DNA from: an uncultured Rickettsiales bacterium
GTDB lineage: Bacteria > Pseudomonadota > Alphaproteobacteria > Rickettsiales > UBA1997
NCBI GenBank assembly: GCA_905478165.1
Contig: CAJQHK010000002.1
Span: forward strand, 3,840-67,839
DNA length: 64,000 nucleotides
Direction: 5' to 3'
The translations under genes were made by a program, and so were the position numbers. Below are positions 20,757 to 30,228 of the stretch, piece by piece. Position 1 is the stretch's first letter. Every line of letters begins with the position of its first letter. The notes under the pieces are model-generated. The model worked only from the letters and a program-made list of their open reading frames with translations, had not been told where the DNA came from and ran no database searches.

Positions 20757-20812
20757 AATCGTTAAGAATAAAAATTCTTACTAATAAGGCTCAAGGTTAA
20801 TAATTGACAACA
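20757..20812 (-). repeat. Intergenic repeat family 1, copy E (oriented toward tRNA-Ala)
   Basis: Minus-strand reading is TTGTCAATTATTAACCTTGAGCCTTATTAGTAAGAATTTTTATTC.., directly upstream of the tRNA 5' end. Confidence 0.5.
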
Positions 20813-20860
20813 GTATTTGCAATAGAAAATTATTTTAATTTGACATTATGCCGGTTATCA

Positions 20861-20894
20861 AACTTAACTACACATTTAGCAAAAAGATTTTTCT
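20861..20894 (+). repeat. Repeat family 2, copy 1 (AACTTAACTACACATTTAGCAAAAAGATTTTTCT)
   Basis: About 80% identical over ~55 bp to 29005-29060; the core is TTAACTACACATTTA. Confidence 0.55.
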
Positions 20895-21039
20895 TTGAAA
20901 TTTTTTTAGAAGATCTGGCGGGGGCCGCCCCAAATCTAACTTTTATTTAAAATTTTCTTAAAAATATTAATTTATCATAATTGCAGTGAATTTAGTTAGA
21001 AATTCGCTGCATTTTTGTTAATATTTGTGGTTTTTTGGC

Positions 21040-21595
21040 GCTGGGTAGAGCTCATTCAAAACTATCATTCTTTTAAAATTGCGAGAAATGCTTTTCATTA
21101 ATATGGTGAACTGATTTTTTTCTATTCCGTTATATCTGACTCTGTGGTTAGTTTTGGAGGGCGCTCTTTCCTGAGGAGATCTTAGTTTGGCTACAACTAT
21201 ACTCAATACAGCCCTTTGGAAAGTATTGTTGATGACAATAAGGATCTTTATTACAAGAACTTAAGAGGTTGTCAAAAAACTTTAGATAGCAAAAATATTA
21301 AATTTGAAAATTGGCTAACATTTTTATTGCAATCTCTAAAAAAATAAAAAAATAAAAAGATAATTTAGAGAAAAAAATTAAAGTTGAGAAAATTCTGCAG
21401 GAAAATTTTGATAAATTACATTTTCAGATCTTGGAAATTCTTAAAAATCATAATTCCCTTTCAGTCTCTGATATTCAAAAACTTTCAGGCGCTAATTATA
21501 ATACTTTAAAAGTTAAGTTGAAGTCTTTGGTTAAGATGAAAAGAGTTGTCTCCTTGGGTAAGGGAAGAGGTGTTATTTATCAGATAAAAATATAA
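21040..21595 (+). pseudogene. Fic/DOC-family protein remnant (C-terminal two-thirds, multiple stops)
   Basis: Translation is ..SPLESIVDDNKDLYYKNLRGCQKTLDSKNIKFENWLTFLLQSLKK*.. followed by ..FQILEILKNHNSLSVSDIQKLSGANYNTLKVKLKSLVKMKRVVSLGKGRGVIYQIKI*. The YY..L and W..FFL blocks plus a C-terminal winged-helix tail are typical of long Fic proteins. The HPFxDGNGR region is no longer recognisable. Confidence 0.5.
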
Positions 21596-21814
21596 ATCAT
21601 GAAAATAACTGAATTTGTTTTACAAAATATTAATAGCATTACTTTGATTATTGCTATATTTGCTGGTTTTTTGCCTTTGTAAAATGGGTTGATTCAAGAA
21701 ATAGAGAGATAAGAAGGGAGGAGCGTAAAGAATTAATAATAGGCACGAGTATATAGGGCTAGAAAATTAGTTGCAAGCTTTTATTTACTTAGATTAAAGT
21801 TTTTTTAGTAATTA

Positions 21815-21844
21815 TCGTGGGTAAAGATATGGGAATTTAAGATA
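21815..21844 (+). repeat. 30-bp copy of the IS right end (TCGTGGGTAAAGATATGGGAATTTAAGATA)
   Basis: Identical 30-mer at 22707-22736, where it covers the last codons and stop of the transposase ORF. Confidence 0.8.
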
Positions 21845-21876
21845 ACAGCGGCTCTATTGACAAGCAGATAAAGTTT

Positions 21877-22716
21877 ATGTCAGTTGTATCTGCCGATAAT
21901 AATCTGCCTCTATATTTTCGCTATAATGCAGGCAGTATTGTAGACATCTCAACCCTTACAAATACCATTAAAGAGCTTAAGGCTCATAACACTACAGCTA
22001 AAGCTGTATTATTAGATGCAGGATTTTATTCTAATGATAATATTGAATTATTACAAAAAAATAAAATCAATTTTATTATCAGACTTCCATCTGGCAGAAA
22101 ACTATTTAAAGAAGTAATTGATAATGAAAAAATAGATCTGGCCTCCAATGCAGTAAAAGTATCCAAAAAGAGAGTGGTATTTATCAAAGAAAAAGAGATT
22201 AAGCTAAACAATAAAAAGGTCTATGCCTATATTATACTTGATCCAAAGAAAAAGGCCGATCTAGTAAATAGCTATTTATCTGAAAAAATAGATGATAAGC
22301 AAAAAATAAATGACGCTGAAATGTCTAAGATTATAAGCCAAAAGGGTTTGTTTGTAATAATATCTTCAAAAAAACAGAAAACAGACAATATCCTAAATTT
22401 GTACTATACCAGACAAAAGGTTGAAAGAATGTTTGCTTTCTCAAAGTCAGACCTCAATCTTCTAGCACTAAGAGTACATAGTGAAGAAGCTCTAAGGGGA
22501 CATTTATTCTTACTGTTCTTGTTATCTTACTTTTTTATGAAGATCCATCAGAAGCTAAATAAAGAATTTACCGTAGAGCAGGCATTTATTATACTCTCGG
22601 CGCAGAAGGCAAAGATATATGAAAAGCAGATATTTGTACAAGAGGCTACAAAAAAACAGAAACAGATTTTTGAGCTTCTTGGCTATGATATGCCAGAGGA
22701 GATTGCTCGTGGGTAA
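21877..22716 (+). mobile_element. IS4/IS1634-family DDE transposase, 5'-truncated copy (C-terminal ~280 aa)
   Basis: Blocks LLDAGFYSNDNIELL and YYTRQKVERMFAFSKSDLNL..RVHSEEALRGHLFL are the D and Y-R-E regions of IS4-like DDE transposases. The N-terminal half is absent. The frame is closed by TAA at 21838-21840, inside the duplicated IS-end repeat. Confidence 0.65.
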
Positions 22717-22736
22717 AGATATGGGAATTTAAGATA
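22707..22736 (+). repeat. 30-bp IS right end (second copy)
   Basis: Identical to 21815-21844. Confidence 0.8.
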
Positions 22737-22810
22737 TAGCATAAATCGCAAAAAATCCTAAAACTTATCAGGTTAATTGGTGTTAAAGACATTTACCTGA
22801 AAAAGAAAAA

Positions 22811-23030
22811 ATGAAGCATGTTATCCCGCAATCAGGATCAGTTTATGCTGATAAGGGCTATTATGATAAAAGCGCCAAAGCCGCAACAGCTAAAAAAATC
22901 TTCACCTGTCTGCAATGAAAAAAACAACATGAAAGACAAGGGTCTTGATAAATGGTACTGAAAACTAAGATCACCTTATAAAAGAGCATTCTCCAAAACA
23001 AACCACGGAGTCATACCAATTTCCACCTTT
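22811..23030 (+). pseudogene. IS5-family transposase fragment (frameshifted)
   Basis: Translation is ..SGSVYADKGYYDKSAKAA.. and, in another frame, ..DKWY*KLRSPYKRAFSKTNHG... These match the ADKGY and R..vE..F..K blocks of IS5-like transposases. Confidence 0.45.
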
Positions 23031-23336
23031 AAAGCAGTTTTTTTCGAAATATTTTTATGCATAAATTATTAAATTATGCAATTCCCTTGGTAGGGTAACA
23101 CCTTTCGGTGTAGCTCAGTTAGTGTAGAGTGTGGAGATAGCAGCAAAAGAGGTGCAAGGTAGAACATAAGACGTTAAAAATTGAAGTAGATAATTAGTTG
23201 TGTTTTAAGGATATCTTTGTATATTTAATTCTTTACTATCGAAGTATTATTTAAAAATCTAGCTTCGTCTAATTTTGACGAAATTATTTATTTTTCAACT
23301 GATTTTGGTAGACAACTTAATTAAATTACTAAAACA

Positions 23337-24620
23337 ATGCGTTATTTAGCTTTAACCAAGCTTGAAAGAGAGCAGATGATAAAAGACACTGGCATTAGTC
23401 ACGTTGACGAACTTTACGCTGCCGCTCCAAAAGAATTTATTCTAACTAAAAAAATTGATGAACTACCTGACCATAAGGGTGAAATTGAGGTTGAGACCCA
23501 TTTAAGGGAGTTATCGGAAAAAAATAAACCAGCCTCTTCTATGCCATTTTTTCTTGGTGCTGGCTGTTACTACCATCACGTTCCCGCTGCCGTTGATCAT
23601 TTAATTCAAAGGTCAGAATTTTTAACTGCCTATACTCCATATCAACCAGAAATTTCTCAAGGCACTCTGAAAACTATTTTTCAATTTCAAACTATTATTG
23701 CTCGCTTAACTGGAATGGAAGTTTCTAACGCCTCTCTTTATGATGGTGCGACCGGTCTTGTTGAGGCTGTTTTAATGGCGGTTAGGATCAAAAAAAATAA
23801 GAGAAAAGTTGCCATTTTAGGTGATTTAAATCCAGATTATTTAGCTGTGTTAAAAACTTACACTGATTTGGCGGAGATTGAGTTAATTTCTAAAAATGAG
23901 ATTGATAAAAATACAGCTGCTGTAATCACTGCTTATCCAGATTTTTATGGCAACACTTTAAATCTAGAAAAAGTTAGGGTACAGGCTGACGAGGTCGAAG
24001 CTTTAATGATTGTAGTGGTTACAGAAATCTTGTCTCTTGGGTTGATGGAGGCACCAAAGATGGCTGACATTGTAACTGGCGAAGCTGCTTCAATTGGTGT
24101 AGGCATGAATTTCGGCGGCCCACATCTTGGTTTTTTTGCGTGTAAAAAGCAATATGTCAGACAAATTCCCGGCAGAATTTGTGGCGCAACTGTTGATGAG
24201 GATAATAAAGAGTCTTTTGTTTTAACTCTAAATGCCAGAGAACAACATATCAGAAGAGAAAAGGCGACTTCTAATATTTGCTCTAATCAAGGCCTTTGTG
24301 CTGTCGCCTTTACCATTCACTCATTTTTACTTGGTGAAATTGGTTTTAAAGACTTAGCTTTATTAAATCACCAAAAAGCCTGTAAATTAGCTGATATTTT
24401 AGCAAAAATTAGAGGAGTAGAAGTAACTAATGATAGTTTCTTTAATGAGTTTACCATTAAGTTAAGTAAGGATGCTAAAGAGGTAAATCAGAAATTATTA
24501 GAAAGGGGTGTTATTGGCGGCTTAGCGCTGGATAATAATTTAATGGTTATTGCTGTGACAGAACTAACCAGCGAAAAAGATATGGAAATTTTAGCAAAAC
24601 ATCTTAAAGAAATATTGTAA
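23337..24620 (+). CDS. gcvPA: glycine dehydrogenase (decarboxylating) subunit 1
   Basis: 427 aa. Blocks GAGCYYHHVPA and YTPYQPEISQG. Confidence 0.93.
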   Translation: MRYLALTKLEREQMIKDTGISHVDELYAAAPKEFILTKKIDELPDHKGEIEVETHLRELSEKNKPASSMPFFLGAGCYYHHVPAAVDHLIQRSEFLTAYTPYQPEISQGTLKTIFQFQTIIARLTGMEVSNASLYDGATGLVEAVLMAVRIKKNKRKVAILGDLNPDYLAVLKTYTDLAEIELISKNEIDKNTAAVITAYPDFYGNTLNLEKVRVQADEVEALMIVVVTEILSLGLMEAPKMADIVTGEAASIGVGMNFGGPHLGFFACKKQYVRQIPGRICGATVDEDNKESFVLTLNAREQHIRREKATSNICSNQGLCAVAFTIHSFLLGEIGFKDLALLNHQKACKLADILAKIRGVEVTNDSFFNEFTIKLSKDAKEVNQKLLERGVIGGLALDNNLMVIAVTELTSEKDMEILAKHLKEIL

Positions 24621-26146
24621 TGAATGAAGTCTTATTAAATAATACAGAAATAGATTCTGAAGAAAATTTTATACCAAAAAATGTCGGCTTAAATGCTGAA
24701 GAAGATCTGCTTTTTAGAAAATCAAGAAAGGGATCTTGTGGTGTCGATTTGCCAAAAATTGCTGATTTTAAACTAAGAATTTCTGGTAAAAAAAGGGTGG
24801 AAATTGGCCTTCCAGAGCTAACTGAGCCAGATGTAATTGGTCATTTTGTTAATTTATCTTCTGAAAATTACTCAATTGATGCCGGATTTTACCCCCTTGG
24901 ATCTTGCACTATGAAACATAATCCTCGTCTGAATGAGAAGGTAGCAAGGTTTGCTGGATTTGCCAATATTCATCCATTACAAGATGAGTCAACAGTTCAA
25001 GGCGCTTTGGAGTTGATGTATGAATTACAAAATTGGTTGAAAATTATGACAGGTTTACACTCAACTTGTCTAGCTCCTGCTGCCGGTGCTCACGGCGAAT
25101 TAGCTGGTATTTTAACTATTAGGGCGGCTCTTATTGCAAAAGGCGATGCTCGTAAAATTATTTTAATTCCAGATTCTGCTCATGGCACAAACCCAGCAAC
25201 TGCCACAACCTGCGGTTATGATATTAAAATTATCGCTTCGAATAAGAAAACAGGTGAAGTTGATTTTGACGAGTTTAAAAAATTAGTTGAAGAATATGGT
25301 AAGGATATTGCTGCCATTATGTTAACTAATCCAAACACTTGTGGCAAATTTGAGTCAAGAGTAAAGGATATTGCCGACATTATTCATGAGATTGGTGCTT
25401 ATTTTTATTGTGATGGCGCTAATTACAATGCCATTGTTGGTAAGATTAAGCCTGCTGACATTGGTGTTGATGTTATGCATTTTAACTTACATAAAACATT
25501 TTCTACTCCGCATGGTGGTGGAGGTCCCGGTTGCGGTCCGATTGCCGTTTCTAAAGAGTTAACTGACTTTACCCCATCTCCAATTGTAGTTAAAGAAGGT
25601 AATACATATAAAATTTCAGCTCCAAAGAGTACGGTTGGCAAGATTAAGGGATTTCATGGTCAATTTGGTATGATGGTTCGCGCCCTTTCTTACATGATGT
25701 CTCATGGAGCAGATGGTTTAAAACAGGTTGCGGAAGATGCCGTTTTGTCAGCAAATTATATTTTGGCAAAATTAAAAAATCATTACAATGTGCCATTTGA
25801 TGGGCCTTGTATGCATGAATGCCTGTTAAATGACAAGATTCAGAAGGAAAAAGGCATTACGACCTTAGATATTGCTAAAGCTTTGGTTGAGTATGGTATG
25901 CATCCGATGACAGTTTTCTTTCCCTTAGTTACTTCTGGCGCAATGTTAATCGAGCCAACAGAAACTGAAAATAAGGTGGTTATTGACAAGTTTATTAACA
26001 CCATGATATATATTGCCAATGAGGTTAAAAGCGATAATGGCAATAAATTCCACTCATATCCGATTTCTACTCCTCGACGGAGGGTGGACGAGGTAAGGGC
26101 CGCTAAAAATGCCATCCTTACATTTGATCAATTAATTAAAAATTAA
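24620..26146 (+). CDS. gcvPB: glycine dehydrogenase (decarboxylating) subunit 2
   Basis: 508 aa. PLP-Lys region NLHKTFSTPHGGGGPG. Its start overlaps the gcvPA stop (TAATG). Confidence 0.93.
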   Translation: MNEVLLNNTEIDSEENFIPKNVGLNAEEDLLFRKSRKGSCGVDLPKIADFKLRISGKKRVEIGLPELTEPDVIGHFVNLSSENYSIDAGFYPLGSCTMKHNPRLNEKVARFAGFANIHPLQDESTVQGALELMYELQNWLKIMTGLHSTCLAPAAGAHGELAGILTIRAALIAKGDARKIILIPDSAHGTNPATATTCGYDIKIIASNKKTGEVDFDEFKKLVEEYGKDIAAIMLTNPNTCGKFESRVKDIADIIHEIGAYFYCDGANYNAIVGKIKPADIGVDVMHFNLHKTFSTPHGGGGPGCGPIAVSKELTDFTPSPIVVKEGNTYKISAPKSTVGKIKGFHGQFGMMVRALSYMMSHGADGLKQVAEDAVLSANYILAKLKNHYNVPFDGPCMHECLLNDKIQKEKGITTLDIAKALVEYGMHPMTVFFPLVTSGAMLIEPTETENKVVIDKFINTMIYIANEVKSDNGNKFHSYPISTPRRRVDEVRAAKNAILTFDQLIKN

Positions 26147-27018
26147 TGGACGAGCGCCCTAATCTCTTACACAAAAGTGAGTTAAAAAAAGACTCTCTAA
26201 TTAAACTAATTATCAGCTTCTTTAAAGATAAGAGGAGTTATTTTTCTTCTAGATTAAAAAATATCATAATTAAATCTTACAATGTCAGGGTAATTGGTGT
26301 TGAGCAGAAAAGTATGATTGATAATATTTTAAAAATTAGTCAAATTAGGGTTGGTGATATCATGGTACCAAGGAGCAATATTAATGCTGTTGAAAAAAAA
26401 ACTAGTCTCGAAGAAATCAAGAAAGCTATTTTAGAAAAAGAACATAGTAGGATGCCTGTTTATCACAAGAATCTTGATAATATTTTAGGTTTTATTCATT
26501 GCAAGGATCTAACTAAATTTATTAATGATGACAGGGCCAGGTTTAAGATCTCCGATGTCAGTAGAAAGATTCTTTACGTTCCGCATTCCATGAAAATCAC
26601 TAACCTTTTAGTAAAAATGAGATCCTCAGGGGTTCATATCGCTATAATTTTAGATGAATATGGAGGAACCGATGGCATCATAACGCTTGAAGACATTATT
26701 GAGGAAATTGTTGGCGAAATTAAGGATGAGCATGATATTTTAGAAGATAATATTTACCTAACTAAGAAAAAAATCAGTGATAATGCTTTTCATTTTGGAG
26801 GTAGGGTTGATATTGAGGAGGTTGAAGAGATTTTTAACACAAATATTGCTGAAAATGAGGATGATGATTTTGAAACTGTCGGTGGTTTTATGTTTTTTAT
26901 TTTAAAAAAGATTCCAGAAATTAGTGAGTCCTTCAAAAGGGGCGGTTTATCTTTTAAGGTTCTGGACTCCGACTCTAAGTCGATAAAACTCATAGAGGTT
27001 ACAAAAATTAATAACTAA
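26146..27018 (+). CDS. corC: CBS-pair + CorC_HlyC domain protein (CorC/TlyC family)
   Basis: 290 aa. Tandem CBS domains (VGDIMVPR.., HSRMPVY) and a C-terminal transporter-associated domain (ETVGGFM). Its start overlaps the gcvPB stop (TAATG). Confidence 0.85.
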   Translation: MDERPNLLHKSELKKDSLIKLIISFFKDKRSYFSSRLKNIIIKSYNVRVIGVEQKSMIDNILKISQIRVGDIMVPRSNINAVEKKTSLEEIKKAILEKEHSRMPVYHKNLDNILGFIHCKDLTKFINDDRARFKISDVSRKILYVPHSMKITNLLVKMRSSGVHIAIILDEYGGTDGIITLEDIIEEIVGEIKDEHDILEDNIYLTKKKISDNAFHFGGRVDIEEVEEIFNTNIAENEDDDFETVGGFMFFILKKIPEISESFKRGGLSFKVLDSDSKSIKLIEVTKINN

Positions 27019-27058
27019 ACTTAAGCGATTAAATTATATAAAATACAATAAAATTAAC

Positions 27059-28354
27059 ATGATACCGAGATATTCAAGAGAAGAGATGGTTAACATTTGG
27101 TCCGATGAAAATAAATATAAAATTTGGCTAGATATCGAAATACACGCCGCAACCGCCATGGAGAATTTGGGACATATTCCAAAAGGAACTTCAGCGCAGA
27201 TTGCTAAAAATGCCAAATTCGATGTTGATAAAATTTTAGAAATTGAAAAGGTTACCAAGCATGATGTTATTGCTTTTTTAACTAATATTGCCGACTCAAT
27301 TGGTGACGCATCTAAATATGTTCATCTTGGTATGACTAGTTCCGACATATTGGACACCTGCCTTTCTAAGCAACTAACTGAGTCAGCCGATTTATTACTT
27401 GAGGATTTAGATAAATTATTAGCAGTCCTTAAAAAGCAAGCCTTTGCACACAAAAAATCTGTTTGTGTTGGCCGCTCCCACGGTATTCACGCTGAGCCAA
27501 CTTCTTTCGGCTTAAAGATGGCTAGATTTTATGCAGAATTTAAAAGATCAAAGAATAGGTTACTGGCAGCCAGAGAGGAGATTGCTATTTGTGCCATCTC
27601 TGGACCAGTTGGAACTTTTGCCAATATCGATCCAAAAGTGCAAGAATTTGTAGCTGACAAGATGGGTTTGAAGGCTGAAGACATATCAACTCAAGTAATT
27701 CCTAGGGATCGTCATGCACATTTTTTTTGCGTTTTATCAGTAATAGCATCTTCAATTGAAAATATTTCAGTTGAAATAAGGCACTTACAAAGAACTGAAG
27801 TTTTGGAGGTTGAAGAATTTTTTTCTAAAGGTCAAAAAGGATCATCCGCCATGCCACATAAAAGAAATCCTGTCTTGTCTGAGAATTTAACAGGTCTCGC
27901 TAGAATTATCAGGTCTTCAGCCACTCCAATGTTAGAAAATGTTGCTCTATGGCACGAAAGAGACATTTCTCATTCTTCGGTTGAAAGAATGATGGCTCCG
28001 GATGCTTTGGCAGTTGCCGATTTTGCTTTAAATAGATTGGTGGGATTGGTTGAGAATCTAATGATCTATCCAGACAATATGATAAAAAACCTAGAAAAGT
28101 TAAATGGCCTAGTTTTCTCTGGTCAAGTTATGCTTACTCTTATTGAGGAGGCAAAAATTTCTCGTGAAGAGGCTTATAAAATTGTCCAAGAGAGCGCTAT
28201 GAAGGTTTGGAGCGAAGGAAAGAATTTTTTAACACTATTAAAACAGAACACCTTAATTGTAGGAAAATTAGGTGAAGAGAGGTTGGAATCCATTTTTGAT
28301 TACAACTTTTATATTAAAAATACAGATGTAATTTTTGATAAGGTTTTTAGTTAA
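27059..28354 (+). CDS. purB: adenylosuccinate lyase
   Basis: 431 aa. Fumarate-lyase signature GSSAMPHKRNP. Confidence 0.96.
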   Translation: MIPRYSREEMVNIWSDENKYKIWLDIEIHAATAMENLGHIPKGTSAQIAKNAKFDVDKILEIEKVTKHDVIAFLTNIADSIGDASKYVHLGMTSSDILDTCLSKQLTESADLLLEDLDKLLAVLKKQAFAHKKSVCVGRSHGIHAEPTSFGLKMARFYAEFKRSKNRLLAAREEIAICAISGPVGTFANIDPKVQEFVADKMGLKAEDISTQVIPRDRHAHFFCVLSVIASSIENISVEIRHLQRTEVLEVEEFFSKGQKGSSAMPHKRNPVLSENLTGLARIIRSSATPMLENVALWHERDISHSSVERMMAPDALAVADFALNRLVGLVENLMIYPDNMIKNLEKLNGLVFSGQVMLTLIEEAKISREEAYKIVQESAMKVWSEGKNFLTLLKQNTLIVGKLGEERLESIFDYNFYIKNTDVIFDKVFS

Positions 28355-28381
28355 AAACAAATATTCTTAAATTTTGCTATA

Positions 28382-28960
28382 ATGCCAGTAGAAAAAATAG
28401 AATATCTTGTAAAATTAGGTTGGTACAAGTCGTTTGAGGCTCAAAAGCCAGTTGACGCCAACGGTAACCCAGAGTTTTGGTTTAATTATTCTTTTACTTC
28501 TTTTTTAGAAAAAAAACTTTCAAAAGATCTTGAAATTTTTGAATATGGCTCTGGTCACTCAACTATTAAGTTTTCTAAATATTGTAAAAACATTATTTCA
28601 GTTGATAATGACCTAGGTTGGCATAATTATTTAAAAAATATACAATTACCAAATTCTACCCTAATTTTTCAGGATGATCTTGATCTTTATCCTTTAGAAA
28701 TTACTAAGTTTAATAAAAAATACGATATCATAGTGATAGACGGCAAAAGAAGAAATGCCTGTAGTATGCTAATTTTAGATTATTTAAAAGATGGTGGGGT
28801 AATAATTTTTGATAATTTAGAAAAGGGTTATCAAAAATCAATTGATTTATTCTTGGGTAGCGGCTTTAAATTGCTGGAATTTACCGGCATCGCTCCACTT
28901 AAGAGTCAGGCAACTATTACCGGGGTTTTTTATAGGGAAGATAATGTTTTTATGATTTAG
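28382..28960 (+). CDS. putative class-I SAM-dependent methyltransferase-like protein (polysaccharide-modification type?)
   Basis: 192 aa. Motif-I-like IFEYGSGHST and acidic-loop-like VDND/VIDG segments. The assignment rests on motifs only. Confidence 0.4.
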   Translation: MPVEKIEYLVKLGWYKSFEAQKPVDANGNPEFWFNYSFTSFLEKKLSKDLEIFEYGSGHSTIKFSKYCKNIISVDNDLGWHNYLKNIQLPNSTLIFQDDLDLYPLEITKFNKKYDIIVIDGKRRNACSMLILDYLKDGGVIIFDNLEKGYQKSIDLFLGSGFKLLEFTGIAPLKSQATITGVFYREDNVFMI

Positions 28961-29025
28961 GGACGGTGCGGAAAGTTCTAATTTCTATTTAAGTAAAGCT
29001 ATCACATGACCAATAACAATTACTA

Positions 29026-29058
29026 AATTTAACTACACATTTAACAAAGAAGTTTTCT
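29026..29058 (+). repeat. Repeat family 2, copy 2 (AATTTAACTACACATTTAACAAAGAAGTTTTCT)
   Basis: See 20861-20894. Confidence 0.55.
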
Positions 29059-29175
29059 AAAAAATTGAAAATTTACTTAATAAAATGCCTAATCAAGTTT
29101 GGACTGAGAAGTTAAAATTAGGATCAAATTCTATGGTTTAAAAATTATAGATTTTATTCGAACTAAAGGCTGAAT

Positions 29176-30228
29176 TTAGCTAGCACCTCTTATTCTTTTT
29201 AATATTGAAATTATTCTTTCAAAAATAATGTCGTTTGAGTAATTTTGATAAGAATTTTGATAAGAATTTTCTATTAATTTAGCAGTCAATTCAGGTTTTT
29301 TTTCTAGATTTTTTAACGCCTCCACAACTTCACTTGTTATATTTAATTTTTGATTAATTATTATAGCATTCTCCATATTCTTTAAAATCATTCTGGATCC
29401 ATCGGTATCGCTGGCAATAATTAATTTTTGATATTTAGCGGCTTCTAAGAATACCATGCCAAAAGTTTCTTCAGTGGAAAGTAAAATAAAAACATCGATC
29501 TGGTCAAAGAGTGTTTTCTGAGTTACCCAACCAAGAAGCTCAATATTTTTTTCTAAATTTAGTTTTTTTATTAATTCTTTGAGTTTTTTTTCCTCTTTGC
29601 CGGTGCCTGCAATTTTTAATTTAATCTGATAGTCAAGGTCTAAAAGGGATCTAACTAACCTTACTAGAGTATCAAAATTTTTTTCTGGCGACAACCTTCC
29701 CATAGACCCAAGAGTGATTACTTTTGACTTAGAAATTGTAATATTTTTGGACTTAAGTGGCTTTTGTTTGATTTTTATTGAATTAGGTATTAAAAAATAA
29801 TTCTCCTTAATGGATTTTTTCTTAATTTTTTCTAAAATTTTATCATTTACAGCGAAAATAATATCCGCCCTTAATGACCTTTTGATATTATTGCTATGAT
29901 TAACGGCAATTAATGGAATCTTTAGGAAAGTTAAGGCTTTTTTTGCGATCACTATGCTTCTTCCGGCATGAGAGATAACATAATTTGCTTTAAAATTTTT
30001 GATAATTTTTCTGATTTTTAAAATACAGAAAATATCATGATAGCCAAATTTATTTTCTATTTCGATAAAATTTATATTACTATTTTCTAAATCAAGAATA
30101 AAATCGGCATTTTTTTTAATGATAGTCAAAACTTGGCAATTATTTTGTTGCAACATTTTAGAATAATTAACAAAAGATTGTTCAACTCCGCCATTTTTAT
30201 CGCTTAATAATATATTAACTATTTTCAT
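29176..30228 (-). CDS. glycosyltransferase family 4 (GT-B, RfaG/WaaG-like)
   Basis: 350 aa. The C-terminal block E(X)7E-like (STEETFGMVFLEAAKY) is typical of GT4. Confidence 0.75.
   Translation of the reverse strand: MKIVNILLSDKNGGVEQSFVNYSKMLQQNNCQVLTIIKKNADFILDLENSNINFIEIENKFGYHDIFCILKIRKIIKNFKANYVISHAGRSIVIAKKALTFLKIPLIAVNHSNNIKRSLRADIIFAVNDKILEKIKKKSIKENYFLIPNSIKIKQKPLKSKNITISKSKVITLGSMGRLSPEKNFDTLVRLVRSLLDLDYQIKLKIAGTGKEEKKLKELIKKLNLEKNIELLGWVTQKTLFDQIDVFILLSTEETFGMVFLEAAKYQKLIIASDTDGSRMILKNMENAIIINQKLNITSEVVEALKNLEKKPELTAKLIENSYQNSYQNYSNDIIFERIISILKRIRGAS

Noticed and set aside
23040-23336. A glycine riboswitch upstream of gcvPA.
   Set aside because: I looked for the GGAGAG ... CACCGAAGGGGCAA ... 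CTCAGGCAAAAGGAC core and found only a vague GGAGAT..GAGGTGCAAGG. There is no tandem aptamer architecture. An Infernal scan would be needed to be sure.
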